The notes: generated from the sequence alone by a model not told the origin. 64,000 nucleotides of DNA from Takakia lepidozioides (GCA_030704615.1 CM060733.1:25916001-25980000); one strand, 5' to 3'. Counted from the stretch's first letter, positions 1-12,599 are shown. Numbers and translations are program-made.

Positions 1-1794
1 TGGAATCGGCAAGGGTTGTAACAGCCCCGCTTGCTTTTTGTACTCGCTCTGGTTTTGTTGGCATGTGGTGCATGTCTTGACATACTCCTCTACCTCCTCC
101 CTCAGTTTGGGCCAGAAATACTCTTTCTTCAAGAGTGCCGCAGTGCGCTTGGCTCCGCCGTGGCCCGCAAGCGGGCTATCATGGCATTCTCTCAAGAGAC
201 TATCTCTGATCCCTCCCTTCGGCACGTAGAGACGCTTTTGCTTATACCGGAGCAGTCCATTTTGCAAGTGGAATTGCGATTTAACCCCCCTCCTCAAGTC
301 CTGCAATACGGACTTCGCCAGCTCATCCTTCTGGCAAGCCTTCCGGATCTTCCTTTGGAGCGCCGTCTCGCCCCTGTATACCAACAAGAGCTGTTGCTTT
401 CTACTTAAATCTTGTGTGTTTCCAACAGATGTCATGTCCTTGGTTATGGGGAATTGTGCCGGCAACGGATTGGCAGGAGTGACAAGTTTTGGGGACAACT
501 TGGGCTGCGTGGCAAAATACTTCACCGTAACATTGTCCGTGAACACCTTCACTGGGTTGGAACCAACATAGTGGCGCCAAAGCTCAAGACAGTGCACCAC
601 CGCCTTCATCTCTTTCTCGTGCGTCGGCCACCGTCGCTCCACTTCGTTCAGTTTCTTACTTTTGTAAGCCATTGGACGTCCATCTTGCATCAGTACACCC
701 CCAATCACAAAGTCCGACGCATCTGTATGAATCTCGAATGGCCGATCGAACTCCGGGATTTTCAAGACTGGAGCTTCCGCCATCCGCTGCTTCAATTCAG
801 CAAAAGCTTGGCCACACAAGGTGTTCCATACCCAGACTTTGGATCTACACAGAAGGTCTGACAACGGCCCCGCGATCTTGGCGAAATTTCTCACATACTT
901 CCGGTAATAGGAGGCGAGTCCTAGGAAGGATCGCACTCCCGGGACTGAAATCGGAGGCTCCCAGTCCAAGATCGCCCTCACCTTTCTGTCATCTATTTTG
1001 ATCCCATCCTGTGTAATCACATGCCCTAGGAACTCCACTTTTGTGACCCCGAATTCGCACTTTGAAGCTTTGGCATACAGCTTCCCTTCCCGCAATTTCT
1101 GGAACACCCTTTTGAGGTGCTCCGGGTGCTCCTCCTTTGTTTTCGAATACACCAAGATGTCGTCGATGTACACGATCACAAAGTCATCCAACCACTCCTG
1201 GAAAAGACTGTTCATCAGCGTGCTAAAGGTCGCGGGTGCATTGGTGAGCCCAAAAAGCATCATCAAGAACTCATATGAACCATACCTTGTCCTGCACGCG
1301 GTCTTCTCCTCATCTCCTTCCGCCACTCGAATTTGATGATAGCCGGAGCGCAGATCGATCCGGCTGAAATACTTCGCTCCTGCCAACCGATCGAAAAGGT
1401 CGTCGATCCTTGGCAAAGGATACCGGTTTTTGATAGTCACCTTATTCAAAGCCCTGTAATCGACACACATCCGCAGCGTCCCATCCTTCTTGTCTGCGAA
1501 TAGCACCGGGGCTCCGTAAGGTGACTTACTCGGCCGGATGTACCCCTTTGACATTAGATCTTTGAGCTGAGTCTTCAGCTCGACCAACTCTCTGTGGCTC
1601 AACCGGTAGGGCGCCTTGGCAGGCGGTTCCGATCCCGGTATCACCTCAATCTTGTGGTCAACTCCTCTTCGCGGTGGCAAGCCGCTTGGTAAATCCTCCG
1701 GCATCACATCATGGTATCTCTCCAAAATCCTCTTGATCCAATCTGGGCTCGGCTCCCCATCGCCTTCTCCCTTCACTTCTCTAATGTAAAGCAA
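1..1794 (-). CDS. pol: Pol (RT-RNase H-integrase N-terminus) of gypsy copy A, open to the window edge, shifted by one base from gag-PR
   Basis: Manual translation gives [14 protein letters not shown]...YPLPRIDDL...[11 protein letters not shown] (RT), an RNase H region, and an integrase HHCC (H..PLAGHGG...CTTCQQ). It is absent from the ORF track, consistent with no stop before position 1. Confidence 0.88.
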   Translation of the reverse strand, partial: MLYIREVKGEGDGEPSPDWIKRILERYHDVMPEDLPSGLPPRRGVDHKIEVIPGSEPPAKAPYRLSHRELVELKTQLKDLMSKGYIRPSKSPYGAPVLFADKKDGTLRMCVDYRALNKVTIKNRYPLPRIDDLFDRLAGAKYFSRIDLRSGYHQIRVAEGDEEKTACRTRYGSYEFLMMLFGLTNAPATFSTLMNSLFQEWLDDFVIVYIDDILVYSKTKEEHPEHLKRVFQKLREGKLYAKASKCEFGVTKVEFLGHVITQDGIKIDDRKVRAILDWEPPISVPGVRSFLGLASYYRKYVRNFAKIAGPLSDLLCRSKVWVWNTLCGQAFAELKQRMAEAPVLKIPEFDRPFEIHTDASDFVIGGVLMQDGRPMAYKSKKLNEVERRWPTHEKEMKAVVHCLELWRHYVGSNPVKVFTDNVTVKYFATQPKLSPKLVTPANPLPAQFPITKDMTSVGNTQDLSRKQQLLLVYRGETALQRKIRKACQKDELAKSVLQDLRRGVKSQFHLQNGLLRYKQKRLYVPKGGIRDSLLRECHDSPLAGHGGAKRTAALLKKEYFWPKLREEVEEYVKTCTTCQQNQSEYKKQAGLLQPLPIP

Positions 1795-3476
1795 AACTGG
1801 GGCTCGTGTGCCTCCTCCACGGCCCACTCCCTTGCTGACAGAAGGTTTATTCGCCCTCCCAAGGGTTTGGGCGTTTCCAATACTCGTAAGACTTCGCCAC
1901 CATCCCCACATGGTACCGTGACTACTCTTTTGCGGCCATCTACGACCGCTCCGGATTTGCTCAAAAAGGTCATTCCCAAAATGAGATCCACTCCATCGAT
2001 CTCGCAAATGGTAAAGTTCTCACGTCCTTCCCATTTCCCCAGTTGAAGAGGGACATCGAACGCCAACCTCGTCACCAATTGCGGTTCTCCTTTGGCAGAA
2101 CGCACCTCAATAGAGGCCCCCACGTCACTTGTTGGGAGTCCCAGCTTTTGTGCCGTTGCCGGTGTCATGAAGGAGTGCGACGCTCCTGTGTCCACCAACA
2201 ATGACACGTTAGTTCCGGATATTATCCCATCCACGAACAATAACTGACTCCCTTTACGTAAGGCGCCAGTTTCCTGATAAAATTCACAAGAAAATTTGCC
2301 TACCTTGCAAGTCCTGGCGACCACCGCTTCCACCAAGCGACTGATGGTATCTTCTGACAGCTCTGTGGTCGCCCGAGTCATGTTCAATTGCCGGGGCTTC
2401 GTGCACTTCTTGGCCACGTGCCCGGGCTCCCCGCAATTGAAACACACTCCATCAAAGGTCGTCTTCTGTCCGCCATAGGCCGCTCCACCCGCTTTTCCTT
2501 TTGAAGCACCGGGTGCCGCCTTGACTTGTGAAGGCCCTCCCTTCGATTTCCACGTGCCATTGTCGCCGCGTGGCCTATCCCACTTCTTTTCCGGTCGGAA
2601 GGCGTCACCTTCCCGCCGGGTCTTCTTGTGGTTCAGCTCCGTACGGCCTTGTCTTTCACCCCTAGGGACATCCGAGAAACATTCAGCCCTCTCAATTGCC
2701 TCGTTCAAAGTCTTAGGTGGCTTCTCCTCCAACTTCCGCCTAGCCCATGGGGCCAGTCCCGCCACAAAGTTGAAGACCATTTCTGGTTCTGCCATGTCCG
2801 CGACTTCGAGCAACAGCACATTGAAAGCCTGGACATATCCCCGAATGTCATCTGTTTGCTTCAAATTCCTCATCTTGTCCCGGGCAAGCCAGGACGCGTT
2901 GAGGGGCACAAATTGCCTTTTCATCAATTCCTTGAACCCACTCCAATTCAAGGTTTCCGGGCTTGGGCCTTGGTCGTGAAGGCGTTTCTGCCACCATTGT
3001 TGAGCATAGCCCCTCAAATAGGTGGGAGCCACTTCCACCCGGTCCTCGTCACTCAACTTGGCCGCCCGGAAGTACTGCTCTAGCTCCAGGAGCCAGGTGT
3101 TGAGTGCCTTCCGATTTCGGACGCCCTCGAAGGTGCCGGGTTCCTTAGGCTTCACCTTAAATTTTGCCTTAGTGGAAGTGGCATTAGCCGCCTTCAACAC
3201 GTCTTTCAACGTCCCGCCAAATTGTGCCAACAACCCTTCCCAAAAGGCTGCCGGCATGGGAGGCATCTGTTCAGATTCCTCCCACTCTTGAGCGGCCTCG
3301 TTTTCGGAGACATGCATCGCTTCCTCAAACGGCCGCCTCGGTGACACGTCGCCCCCATTGGGCTCACCAGGATCATCATCTTTTGGGCCGTTCCGCTTTC
3401 GCTTTGGCTTGCCCGACCCCATGATGAGGCCAATCCCAAGGACGATCACGTACTGAACTCTAAGCTCTGATACCAA
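1773..3476 (-). CDS. gag: Gag-protease of gypsy copy A (first ATG at 3422)
   Basis: Retrotrans_gag-like region, CCHC knuckle [14 protein letters not shown], and aspartic protease motif [10 protein letters not shown] ... DLILGM. Confidence 0.92.
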   Translation of the reverse strand: MVSELRVQYVIVLGIGLIMGSGKPKRKRNGPKDDDPGEPNGGDVSPRRPFEEAMHVSENEAAQEWEESEQMPPMPAAFWEGLLAQFGGTLKDVLKAANATSTKAKFKVKPKEPGTFEGVRNRKALNTWLLELEQYFRAAKLSDEDRVEVAPTYLRGYAQQWWQKRLHDQGPSPETLNWSGFKELMKRQFVPLNASWLARDKMRNLKQTDDIRGYVQAFNVLLLEVADMAEPEMVFNFVAGLAPWARRKLEEKPPKTLNEAIERAECFSDVPRGERQGRTELNHKKTRREGDAFRPEKKWDRPRGDNGTWKSKGGPSQVKAAPGASKGKAGGAAYGGQKTTFDGVCFNCGEPGHVAKKCTKPRQLNMTRATTELSEDTISRLVEAVVARTCKVGKFSCEFYQETGALRKGSQLLFVDGIISGTNVSLLVDTGASHSFMTPATAQKLGLPTSDVGASIEVRSAKGEPQLVTRLAFDVPLQLGKWEGRENFTICEIDGVDLILGMTFLSKSGAVVDGRKRVVTVPCGDGGEVLRVLETPKPLGGRINLLSAREWAVEEAHEPQFCFTLEK

Positions 3477-3477
3477 G

Positions 3478-3879
3478 TGTCGCGCACCTCAGTTCGGTAA
3501 GCTCCCCTTCAAGTCATAGTTGCTAGCTTGATGCGCGCGCCTAACTCCCAACCTGGCCGCCGGACCAACTTGGAGCTTCGGCTGCTCACCGGGGCATACC
3601 CAAGACTCCCCACAACTCCCACCACGAGGTCTCCGCCCCCATGGTGAGTCCTATGCCACCCCCACTAATTCCCGCTAAGCTACCACCACCCCTTGTGGAG
3701 CCACCCCCACCGCAACCCGGTGTGCGGGGCTCCACCTAGTGAGCGCCTCCGCCTCCTTGAGTGCCTTGGGCACTCAAGGGTGCTTCAGCCCCCCATACCT
3801 ATCGCTGCCGCTGCCCCCACCACAGGGGCAGTCCCTCATGTGTCCCAACCCCCTGCCCTCAAGGCAAAGGGCCGCGACA
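3478..3879 (-). repeat. 5' LTR of copy A with an internal deletion of ~320 bp
   Basis: Same termini (TGTCGCG...CGCGACA) as the 722-730 bp LTRs of copy B but only 402 bp long. The missing part includes the CTATATATAC TATA-like box. Confidence 0.9.
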
Positions 3880-4053
3880 CTTTTTGACTAGGAAGATAAC
3901 CTTGAACCAACCGCGTTGATTGCTCTGAGGCTGACCTGTCGTCTTGGTTTGGTGCTCATAACCAAAATGGGAATAATGCTTTTCTTTCACTATCATCTGA
4001 CGGACATATTTTGGACGGGGATGGTTTTCAAATCTTCACCACTATTACGTTTA

Positions 4054-5830
4054 GGGGGTTCAGTGATGCCTACCCCCCCGTGGTGCCTCTCCCGTGCAAC
4101 GCCCCCACCGGGTCGCCGTCTTGCGTGTCACAAGCCCCCTTGCGACGCGGAGGGCGTCGCAGACATAATGCCAAAATCCACAAAAACGTGGATTTTGGCC
4201 GAGTCCTCCATTGCGACGCCTGAGGCGTCGTAATGGAGTAAAAAATTTAAAAAAAACATCGCAGCTTGGCTGTGACGAACTGGGGGTCGGCCCCTGGGTG
4301 TGACCTTTCGGACGTCGGTTGGGAGGTTGCGACCAGTGTTGGGCGGTTCTTGCATTTGTGAAGGAACCTTCGGTTGCGGTTCCACAATTATTTCAAGAGA
4401 CGGTTCCGGATCCGGTTCCGGTTTTTTTTTATTGAGCCAGTTCCGGTCCGGTTCCGGATCCAACTTTTAAACATGGGGGCGGTTCCGGTTACCGGTTAGT
4501 TGCTGATAAAAACCATCGGTTCCGGTTAGGTTCCGATTCTATTTTTAAAATATATTTGTTTAATTTAATTAGATTTAAAATATTTTATCAGTCTGGTAGA
4601 TTAAATAGCAGTGTATTCACATATTTGAACTAAAATCCAACGATTTTGTTAGTTTTCACTAAACACAAAAAAACAAACAAAAATACTCTAAATAAACTAG
4701 TAGAAGAAAATGGGTAAAATTTTATGGGTTGAAAGTACTATTCAGCTACCTGGCAAGTATTGGCATCTTCAAACATTTTATTAATGAACTTAGCCAAGAT
4801 ATCATGGAGCTGGAGATTGAACCCATCATGGCCTTCAAGCATTGAACCCATAATCTCATGAGCTTGAGAGCATTAAATAAGTTTTGCCCTGGGCCCACCA
4901 GCCCACCAAGGGGTCAAGAACCGGAACCTGTTTTTATCCCCATGCGTCCCGGTTCTCCGGTTCTCACACCTAGCAGGAACCGCCGGTTCGGTTCTGCGCC
5001 GATCCCCATTGGCAGGTTCCGGTTCCGGGTCAGGTTATGTAGGAATGGGCCCGGTTCCGGTCCGGTTCCGGTTAACCTGAACCTGAACTGGCGGTTAACC
5101 TGGGTCCCGGCGGGTAACCGCCCAACACTGGTTGCGACGCCTTAGGGCGTCGCTTCAAGCACCCCGGAAATAAATAAATAAATAAATAATAAATAAATAA
5201 TATCATTTTAAATCCAACACCCTGGGCGTCGCTGTTGAGTTTTTTTGTTTTTTTTTTATAAGTCATTTTTGGCGACGCATGAGATGACTTAATCATGTTT
5301 TGGTTTTCGCAGTAGAGGGTGCAGGAAAAACGACGCCAGAGACGTCACTTACATTTGAGCAACGCGAGGAGTGTCGCTTTGAGGTCCCGATGAGCAACGC
5401 TCGTATGCATGAACTACCTTATGTACAATTAAATCATGAGTTTGTGTGTAAGTTCTATAACTAATATGTTGGTTATTGTGAAGTGTTTTACTAAGTGCAT
5501 AATCTAGTGGTCTTGAATTCTAATTTGCATAACAACACATTGAATGAATTATGAACTAGTGTCGGCTACTTGCAAACACATGCTGTTATGTTTGACACTA
5601 CGTGGCAAGTGTGTGTCCCGGTATTTTTTGAATCGTGTGGAGTCCCGCCATTTTTAAACCCGTGTGTATCCCGGCATTTTTCAAAATTCAAAATTAAAAA
5701 AAATCAAAAGCGGCGTCGCATTTAAAAAGCGATTCCCCCCCCCCCCCCCCTTATGGCCATAGCGACGCCCCGGCGTCGCAAGTGGGGATTTTCAGGGGGT
5801 TGGATCTGTGACCTCCCAAGGGGGGGCCCA
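4054..5830. mobile_element. Non-coding repeat element rich in the palindrome TGCGACGCC-N2-4-GGCGTCGCA (boundaries approximate)
   Basis: Motif copies near 4141, 4212, 5133, 5330 and 5761; the same motif family occurs at 16710-17700. Confidence 0.55.
4334..5130. mobile_element. hAT-type non-autonomous element (MITE)
   Basis: 15-bp TIRs CAGTGTTGGGCGGTT/AACCGCCCAACACTG, a perfect 8-bp TSD GTTGCGAC (4326-4333, 5131-5138), and many subterminal GGTTCCGG repeats. Confidence 0.92.
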
Positions 5831-5849
5831 GAAGGGTGGTGCATCTGGC

Positions 5850-7082
5850 GGTATATTGTCTTTTGTTGGACCTGGAAGCTACCCCCTCTTTACATTAACC
5901 GAATTCGGGCGTTGGATTGCGCTACAGGCAAGCCTAACCCCTTAACCCCCCTCTCGGCTTGGAAATCATATGGGCTCGTACTACTTGGTTTCTAGAGCTT
6001 CCGTTGGCCGGTCTGCAATTTGACCCTTACAGAAGGTTTTGGATGGATAGTTATCACACCCCCTTCATGGGCTTCACAGTCAAGCTTGGATACTTTCTGC
6101 AGATTGGGAATGCCAATTTCACTGCTTGATGGGACCACAAATGGGGACAAGCCACCGGACGAATCTGTTGGGCCAAAATCTGGGCAGATATCTGGCAGAA
6201 ACACCCTCCGGCTAAAATCAATGCCTTCCTCGACTGGAGATTGGCACACATAATTCTTCCGGTGGCTACCTTTTTCAAGGACATTGACCCCTCTTGCCTA
6301 CTCTGTTATGGCAATACAATACCTCTGAGACTGTAGAGCACTGTCTTGTTCGCTGCCCCTTTCCCTGAGGATATGGCGGCTTGTCTCTTCCTTCTATGAT
6401 GGTTGGAACTCTCTTCCCCCCCTCCTGTTGCTTCTTCTCAATATAATGGCTCATTCTGGCTGCAATGCTCAATTTGGGCTTGCATCAGACGCCACACATT
6501 ATGGTCCCTTTGGAAAGCTAGATGTACTCTAGTCTTGAAGGAAGGCACCCCTGCATAAGATTTTTTATGACTTGATGATTGAGGGGAGCAAGGTGTGGGT
6601 TTCCATGCAAACAGCTTTTTGCAGATGCAGCGAAAGAGAGACGGCATCAACTTCTCGCTAGCATCGACCTCACCTGGGTGAAAGATAATCGCCTTTGCAC
6701 CCGCATCTCTGAAACTCAAATCACTTGGAATGATGGGTTCCCCAGCCAATTGGAAGTCACCTTGTGAGCTGGACAAACCTCGAGATCAGCTGGCGCCATC
6801 AGAAGTTGCGCGCCTCTAAGTGCAGTTGGATTTTGCTGGCCTCTAGTTCTGCTTATTTTCTAGCCTCTCTGTCCCCCCTAGCATAAGCCTGCTGGCCCCC
6901 TTTCCCCCCTCACCCTTCAGTTCCTACTCTCCTTTTCTGACCTTAGGCTACTGGGTGTTCCCCATGCCTTATACTTTACTGCCCGTGGAGGTTATTTTTT
7001 CCTCCTTCTGTTCCTTCGTCCTTTTAATAAAGTTTTTCAGGGCCTCTGTCCCCTGATCTAAAAAAAGAAAAAGAAAAAGAAG
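5850..7082 (+). mobile_element. 5'-truncated, decayed L1-type LINE 3' end
   Basis: Frameshifted zf-RVT-like translation (WAKIWADIW..PAKINAFL/WRLAH..LPV...CLLC...ETVEHCLVRCPF), AATAAA at ~7026, and an A-rich tail at 7060-7082. Confidence 0.8.
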
Positions 7083-8777
7083 GCATGCCACAATGTCTGT
7101 ATCCTTGTAGTGAGGATTGAACACACTACCTACCTAGCAACCATTGGGATTATATAGAGAAAAGAAAGGAAGGAAGATATTGAAGGTACGATGGGATGAA
7201 ATTCCGTTGAGCAGAGAGAGATCCAGTGATGAGAGCGGGAGCGAGCAGCGCTCTCTCTCTCTCTCTCGCAATGGCGCCTGCACCAGATTCTGCTGGATCC
7301 GACTGCGTGGGGAGGAAGATTGTAACCGAGGAAACGACGGGCTATGGAGCCCCATGCTGTCGCGCTCACCATTCCGTGTATCGCAGGCTTTCATTGCCAA
7401 ATCTTTTCGCTGTTTATCCCGTCTGCCATTTGTGGAGCTTCTTGCATTCTTTAGAGTCTCTTCCTCGGTGTTGTTTGTGGCAGCCTCTTTCCCCCCTTCA
7501 AGAACGTTTCTGGAGCTCATCCTACTCGAGCTCCCCCCGCTCCACCCTAATCAGCGCATCCGCACACAATATAGAGAGCACAAGCGCCCATTCTGCTCTT
7601 ATGTGCTGCCACATGCATCAATATACAACGACGCCACAGCAACCGTTGGCTCCTTCGCTTGTTGTTTAGTATCACGTATCACACAGACTCAGACAATTGC
7701 CGATATTTCCAGCTCTTGTTCTTTATCACATCCATCTCGCGCATCCCATCCAGAGGGACTCCCTGCTTCTTGTCTTCTACAGCGTGGAGTTCGTTCTCTG
7801 CATATCCTCGCGGTTATGAATTTCTCCAGCGTAACCCAATGCACTTCGCGTGAGTACCGATGCAGTTGTATAAAGTCACGCAAACTTTCCCTTGCATGTC
7901 ATGGTTGTTTAGCTTAGCGCTTGTATCAGGTGGAGAGATTTGCATCTGAGGTACTCTGTCCTTCCCGTGATCTTTAGCATTACCTGAGACAGCCGCTAGC
8001 TAAGTAAGATTCACAGTTAATAACAATGTTCCAAGTTTATCTCAGCACTTAGAGAGGATTAGAGTCTTCTTTTGGTACTTGCTGTTCTGTTCGCTAGCAT
8101 CGGTGAACTCCGTGTCTTGCGGTTGAGATTGCACATATTGTCTATAGAAACTAGGAAACTTGGAACTAACTCGTCTTCTTAATTCTTCAATGGCACCTTG
8201 CCAAAGATAACTGACGGTCTTAGCCGTCTCGTAATGGGAAAGAAGTTTTCAAGAATACATCATAGAAGTAATGGCATCCAAGTCTGTGTTAAAATGACTT
8301 ACAGTTTGGCTACGGGTGTCTGGAGTGTATCAGCTGGTTTTTTGAGCTACTTTTCACTGAGGCCTCTCTGAGACTTACACATGCGGAAGCATCAATTCTA
8401 AGGGTTCAAGTTACATCCTCGAGAGACTCTTACCAGCCTCATCAACACCGATGATAACATCCCCTTCGTGTTCTTTGGAGTATCTTTGATTTACAAATGC
8501 TATATCTTCCAAGCTGGAACACTTTTAGTGGCCCCCTCACGTCTTCAAAAATCGAGTCCACTTCATCTTAAGGGTTACTCATGCATATCAACTGATTGCT
8601 GGATTTGACTTCACATCAGCAAACAACATTCTCAGCCTCATCGTTGGCCGTGAGATCGCTTGGAATCCGAGGGACTTCTTCCGGACATGTTACTTTGCAG
8701 ACTGGCAGAATTTGAGCTCTAGGTCAGTGCTAGTTCCAAGTTCGTTTTCTGGTGACGCAAAACCAGAGGGGACTGAC

Positions 8778-10631
8778 ATGAAAGCGTGTGGGAGGCTCTA
8801 CAGTGAAACTGACAGCATGAACTTCCACAGTTCAGTCATGCATGGACCATTCTTCAATGGATCTGAATTTGACGAAGTTCTCATGCTCCTACCAGAGGTA
8901 TCATTGGGAAGCCAGCTGAATCAAAATTGTACCCTTGACAAAGAGCTGCAGTGGGTAAACGACTCCCAATTTGATACACAAGCAGCTGCCAGTTCCTATA
9001 CAAATGGCTTGGTCAGATCAAACCTGGGAGTATCAGTGTCCATGCCAAATAAACAACCAGCAGAATTTTCAATGAAGGCGCCTTATATTAACGACAATGA
9101 CTTATCCTCAAGCCTGTTTTCACATCCACTCATACCATATACGGTGCCATCAAGACTGATTGCGAAAGCAGATTATGACAATGTTTCCAGGGAGAGAGAC
9201 AGACAAGAAATACTCCAGCAAAGACAGCTTATCAGAGATCTCAAAGGTCAGCTGGACATTTTGAGCTCTCAGTTTCACGCTTTGGAGGAAAAGAACATTG
9301 AAACGCTGGATCAGCTGGAGCAAGCCGAAAGTAATTTGCAGACATTGCGAAGGAATTATTTTGAGCTTCAATTGTCTAACGCTGAGCTGCTGAAGAACTA
9401 TCATATGGCGGAAAGGCATCATCCAAGCCTCCTTAGCGAAAAGGTGGCTAGATATGGCATGGGACCACCGGCAACCTCCGATTATGGAAGTATGTCTCTT
9501 CCCCAGAAGAAATATACAGATGCTGGCTCATCTGTGTCTATTTCCCCGACTGCATCTGTGTCCATGTTTGCGCCCATGAGCAATGAAGTATATAATCTTG
9601 CCAATTCTTCTTCAAAACCCATGAGATATGAGCGTTCTTACTTGATGCAGCACCATGCTTGTACCAGCCTTGCACAAAGCACACCATTTAGCAAAGCGGT
9701 TGAACCTGAGCAGACGAATCTGTTCGCACTCCCAGCATTTACTGCCGAAGCAAGGGCACCCACAGGAAAGATGGCTTTCTCCATCCCTGACCATTGCACT
9801 AAGTATATCATGCCCGAAACTCCCAAAAGTGTTTTGTCATTTGAAACCACTCCTAATGGCAAAATTCAAGGCAGCTTCTGCTCTAAATCACCAAGGTCAG
9901 ACTCAGATTTGAACGCTACTGCAACAGAATGTTTGGGGGTCTCTGCCGCATTTGCAGACTCAAACTTGAAACCTCAAGGTTCGTTGCAGCAGCCAAAAGT
10001 TGTACCGAGGAGCATTGCCGTTCGTGCGAGAGGAGTTGTGTTTGCAAGGAATACACCTGAAGAGTCTACGAAGCAACAGCCATCTTTAGTTGTGTCACCT
10101 CTTCGTCCACAACGTCTGCAGCTTACAGACTCAAGGCCTTCAAAGAGTGAGGTAAGACCTGATGTGACATGCAATCTGCATCTGTCCAGATATGAATGTT
10201 TGATATAGAAAATCAAACCTAATGTAGACCGGTAATAGTCGTGCTGCCGGAAATAGAGTCCTCATTCTGTTTTGTGATAGATGCAGGAGAGACGTCTCGC
10301 GCCAGGTCGTCCCCATGCATTAGCCGATCACAGTATAAGTAATGGCAACATTACGGAGGAACCTGTACTGGAGTTATGGGATGTGGCAGATCAGGGCATG
10401 TACAAAACAGAGCTCTGTAACAAATGGTTGGAGTCAAAGGGCAGCTGCCCATACGGGAACCGATGCCAATTTGCTCACGGTGTAGAAGAATTGCGCCCTG
10501 TGCTCCGTCATCCTCGCTACAAGACAGAGCTCTGTCGAATGGTGGCAGCAGGTGATAGATGTCCCTATGGTCATCGATGCCACTTTCGGCACATTCTCAC
10601 AAAGGAAGAGAAATCCACCTTGAATTTTTAA
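8778..10631 (+). CDS. Tandem CCCH zinc-finger RNA-binding protein (TIS11/ZFP36 type, AtC3H14/C3H15-like) with an N-terminal coiled coil; exons 8778-10151 and 10281-10631 (CDS may extend upstream through the acceptor at 8700)
   Basis: YKTELCNKW...[31 protein letters not shown]...[11 protein letters not shown]; a phase-0 GT-AG intron at 10152-10280; heptad-rich segment [40 protein letters not shown]. Confidence 0.9.
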
Positions 10632-11999
10632 CACAAGGGCAATTACAGCTGCAGAATTTGATGCTCCGTTCATGGTGCATTTGGCGCCGCGTATATGCCC
10701 TCCTAAAGGGCTAATTTCTGAAATGATATAGCCCATGATCCTAGTAGTACTGCAATTCGTGGGTATTCCAATATTGGGTAGCCTGTTCGTACTGCCTCGT
10801 GTCCAGATATGTCTTGGTGAGAAACTTGCTGGACATCCTGAATTCCCACCATGAATTGACCATTTTAATTACCTCTAGACTATTACTCCTGTACATTACA
10901 TACTAAAATCTGATGCAGGCTACCAATCGGACCTTCTGGTGCACATAGTTGGAGCTTTCGAAATCTGCTTAAGGCGAAACCGAGCAAGTCAATGATCTTG
11001 TCAGGATGTGCTCTACTCTCACATAACATTGCCATGTGAGCTGTGACTGGACTCTTGCAACCGCGTAGACCGTCCATCTCTAACTTATTTGTGCTCCTCT
11101 TTTTCACGCTTTAGCCCCTAAAACTACTGTCGCTGGGGTGGGGCAGTTCGGAGTTGCACACAGCATGATAGTTCTTAGAATACCTCCTGCAAGCGCTCGG
11201 GGATGACGGATGGAGGCGGAGGTGAGCTCCGCGTTCTGCGGTGTGAGAGTCCAACGGTCACTACGTCTCTCTCAATCGACGAGCTCAGGGCTGGCCCCTG
11301 GGATCGATTCGCCATCGGAATCAAGGAGCTAAGGGAAGTATTATGTTTGCAGTTCATTAACCAGCCCTTCGAAGGGCATCCCTTGCATTTCATTGATCGC
11401 GTTTTTTAAAATTTCTTTCATGTTCATTTCCTCTTCATCCTTGTATCGACCTCTCTGTGCACCATACCTCATTCAATGGAAGGGCGGCTCCTACGTACTA
11501 ACAGCCGTCAATCTTAAAACTTCCCACGAGACATACCGCCAGACAGCCGATTGCAATGATAAACCTGCAAATCTCTAAAAGCCCAGCTGCTTAGGCGGCC
11601 TAACTCCCGCGCCCTTCTCCTCACAACTCCCTCACTTTACCTCCTCAGCTCCTTGGCTAACTATCCTTACACTACCTGGCTATCCTTCCCGATATCCACC
11701 CCTTCTCGTCGCCATCTGTTCGCAGCTAGTCATGAATCACTTTAGCAACTCGCAATTCCACCCGCCCGGTCAGAATCGCACCAGAGGATAATTCAGGGGA
11801 CCGCCTCGCTCGCAGTACGAACTAATAAGGGCTCAAGCATCCTCAGGTACTGGATACTTCCTGGCCCACCAGGCCCGGACGTTTACAGGCAGCGACCCCT
11901 TGCTTACGCGGATCTCAGCTCCCAGTGGACCCCCGCCTCGGCCCAGCTACCAAGCTCCCCCCCTGCCTCGTGAATCGTGAATCTTGGTGTGCCAGGTGC

Positions 12000-12110
12000 C
12001 CAAGAACACTATATTTTTTTTTCACACAATTCCATGGAGAATGCAAAAAATTATTCAGATTTTCTTAAACCCAAAAGCCCGAAACGGGCTACTGGGCGTT
12101 TAAGGGTTAA
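12000..12110. mobile_element. Isolated right end of a piggyBac-like element related to 47658-48495
   Basis: Subterminal hairpin AGCCCGAAACGGGCT (12076-12090) followed by ...TTTAAGGG|TTAA, the same layout as at 48462-48499. Confidence 0.5.
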
Positions 12111-12359
12111 GAGCCGTCAGATCGGGAGTCGGCCGCTCGGCTCACACGGAGACACTTTGCTCACAAAAAGCGGACGAGAAGTACAAAGCTTTTGAGATGG
12201 GTAGAAGGGGGTTTCGGGTGGGAGAGGGAGTCAAGCCTCCTTCCTCTTGCATTGGGTATTTTGGCCAAAATATTAAGCAATATCCCATCAATTTTCTCTT
12301 TTACCATAGATTGTTTCTTTTGTTTTGTATTGAAAAACATCATAGTTTTAAAAACCATT

Positions 12360-12599
12360 AAATTGTATATTGATTTAAATAATTATCCATATCTGGAAAC
12401 TATCCATACCCTCAGGGTATATTTTGGCATATATATCCTTACTTGGGGGTTATATAGAAATCTGAAAAGTTAATTTACCCATACCTGGAGGATAAATAAA
12501 ATTTTCAATTTATCCATATTCGGAGGGTAAATGATTTGACAAAAATAATTTATTTATACCCTAAGGGTATATTGAAATCAATATACTCACCCAACACTG
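12360..12599. mobile_element. Truncated hAT-family remnant (right end)
   Basis: Ends in CCCAACACTG like the other hAT TIRs, with TACCC/GGGTA subterminal repeats similar to 44110-44921. No left end or TSD was found. Confidence 0.55.

Larger units (their letters stand above)
1..3879 (-). mobile_element. Ty3/gypsy (chromovirus family) LTR retrotransposon, copy A, running off the left edge of the window
   Basis: LTR TG...CA at 3478-3879, tRNA-iMet PBS (TGGTATCAGAGC on -) at 3464-3475, and gag-PR-RT-RH-INT order. Near-identical to the full element at 34973-41974, which carries a chromodomain. Confidence 0.95.

Noticed and set aside
31-1336. Several + strand ORFs over the gypsy pol (also at 37-41 kb) as genes
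   Set aside because: Antisense shadows of the retrotransposon frame with no recognisable motifs.
4334-5130. GGTTCCGG repeats and the TGCGAC palindromes as a CRISPR-like array
   Set aside because: Irregular spacing, mixed orientation, a eukaryotic context and no cas genes; the GGTTCCGG repeats are explained as hAT subterminal repeats bounded by TIR and TSD.
7144-7917. 257-aa and 147-aa + strand ORFs as separate genes
   Set aside because: No recognisable domain and they cross CT/GA microsatellites; more likely promoter or leader of the CCCH gene.
11200-11980. Possible LINE 5' UTR/ORF1 start
   Set aside because: Only compositional hints and in-frame stops; no diagnostic motif.
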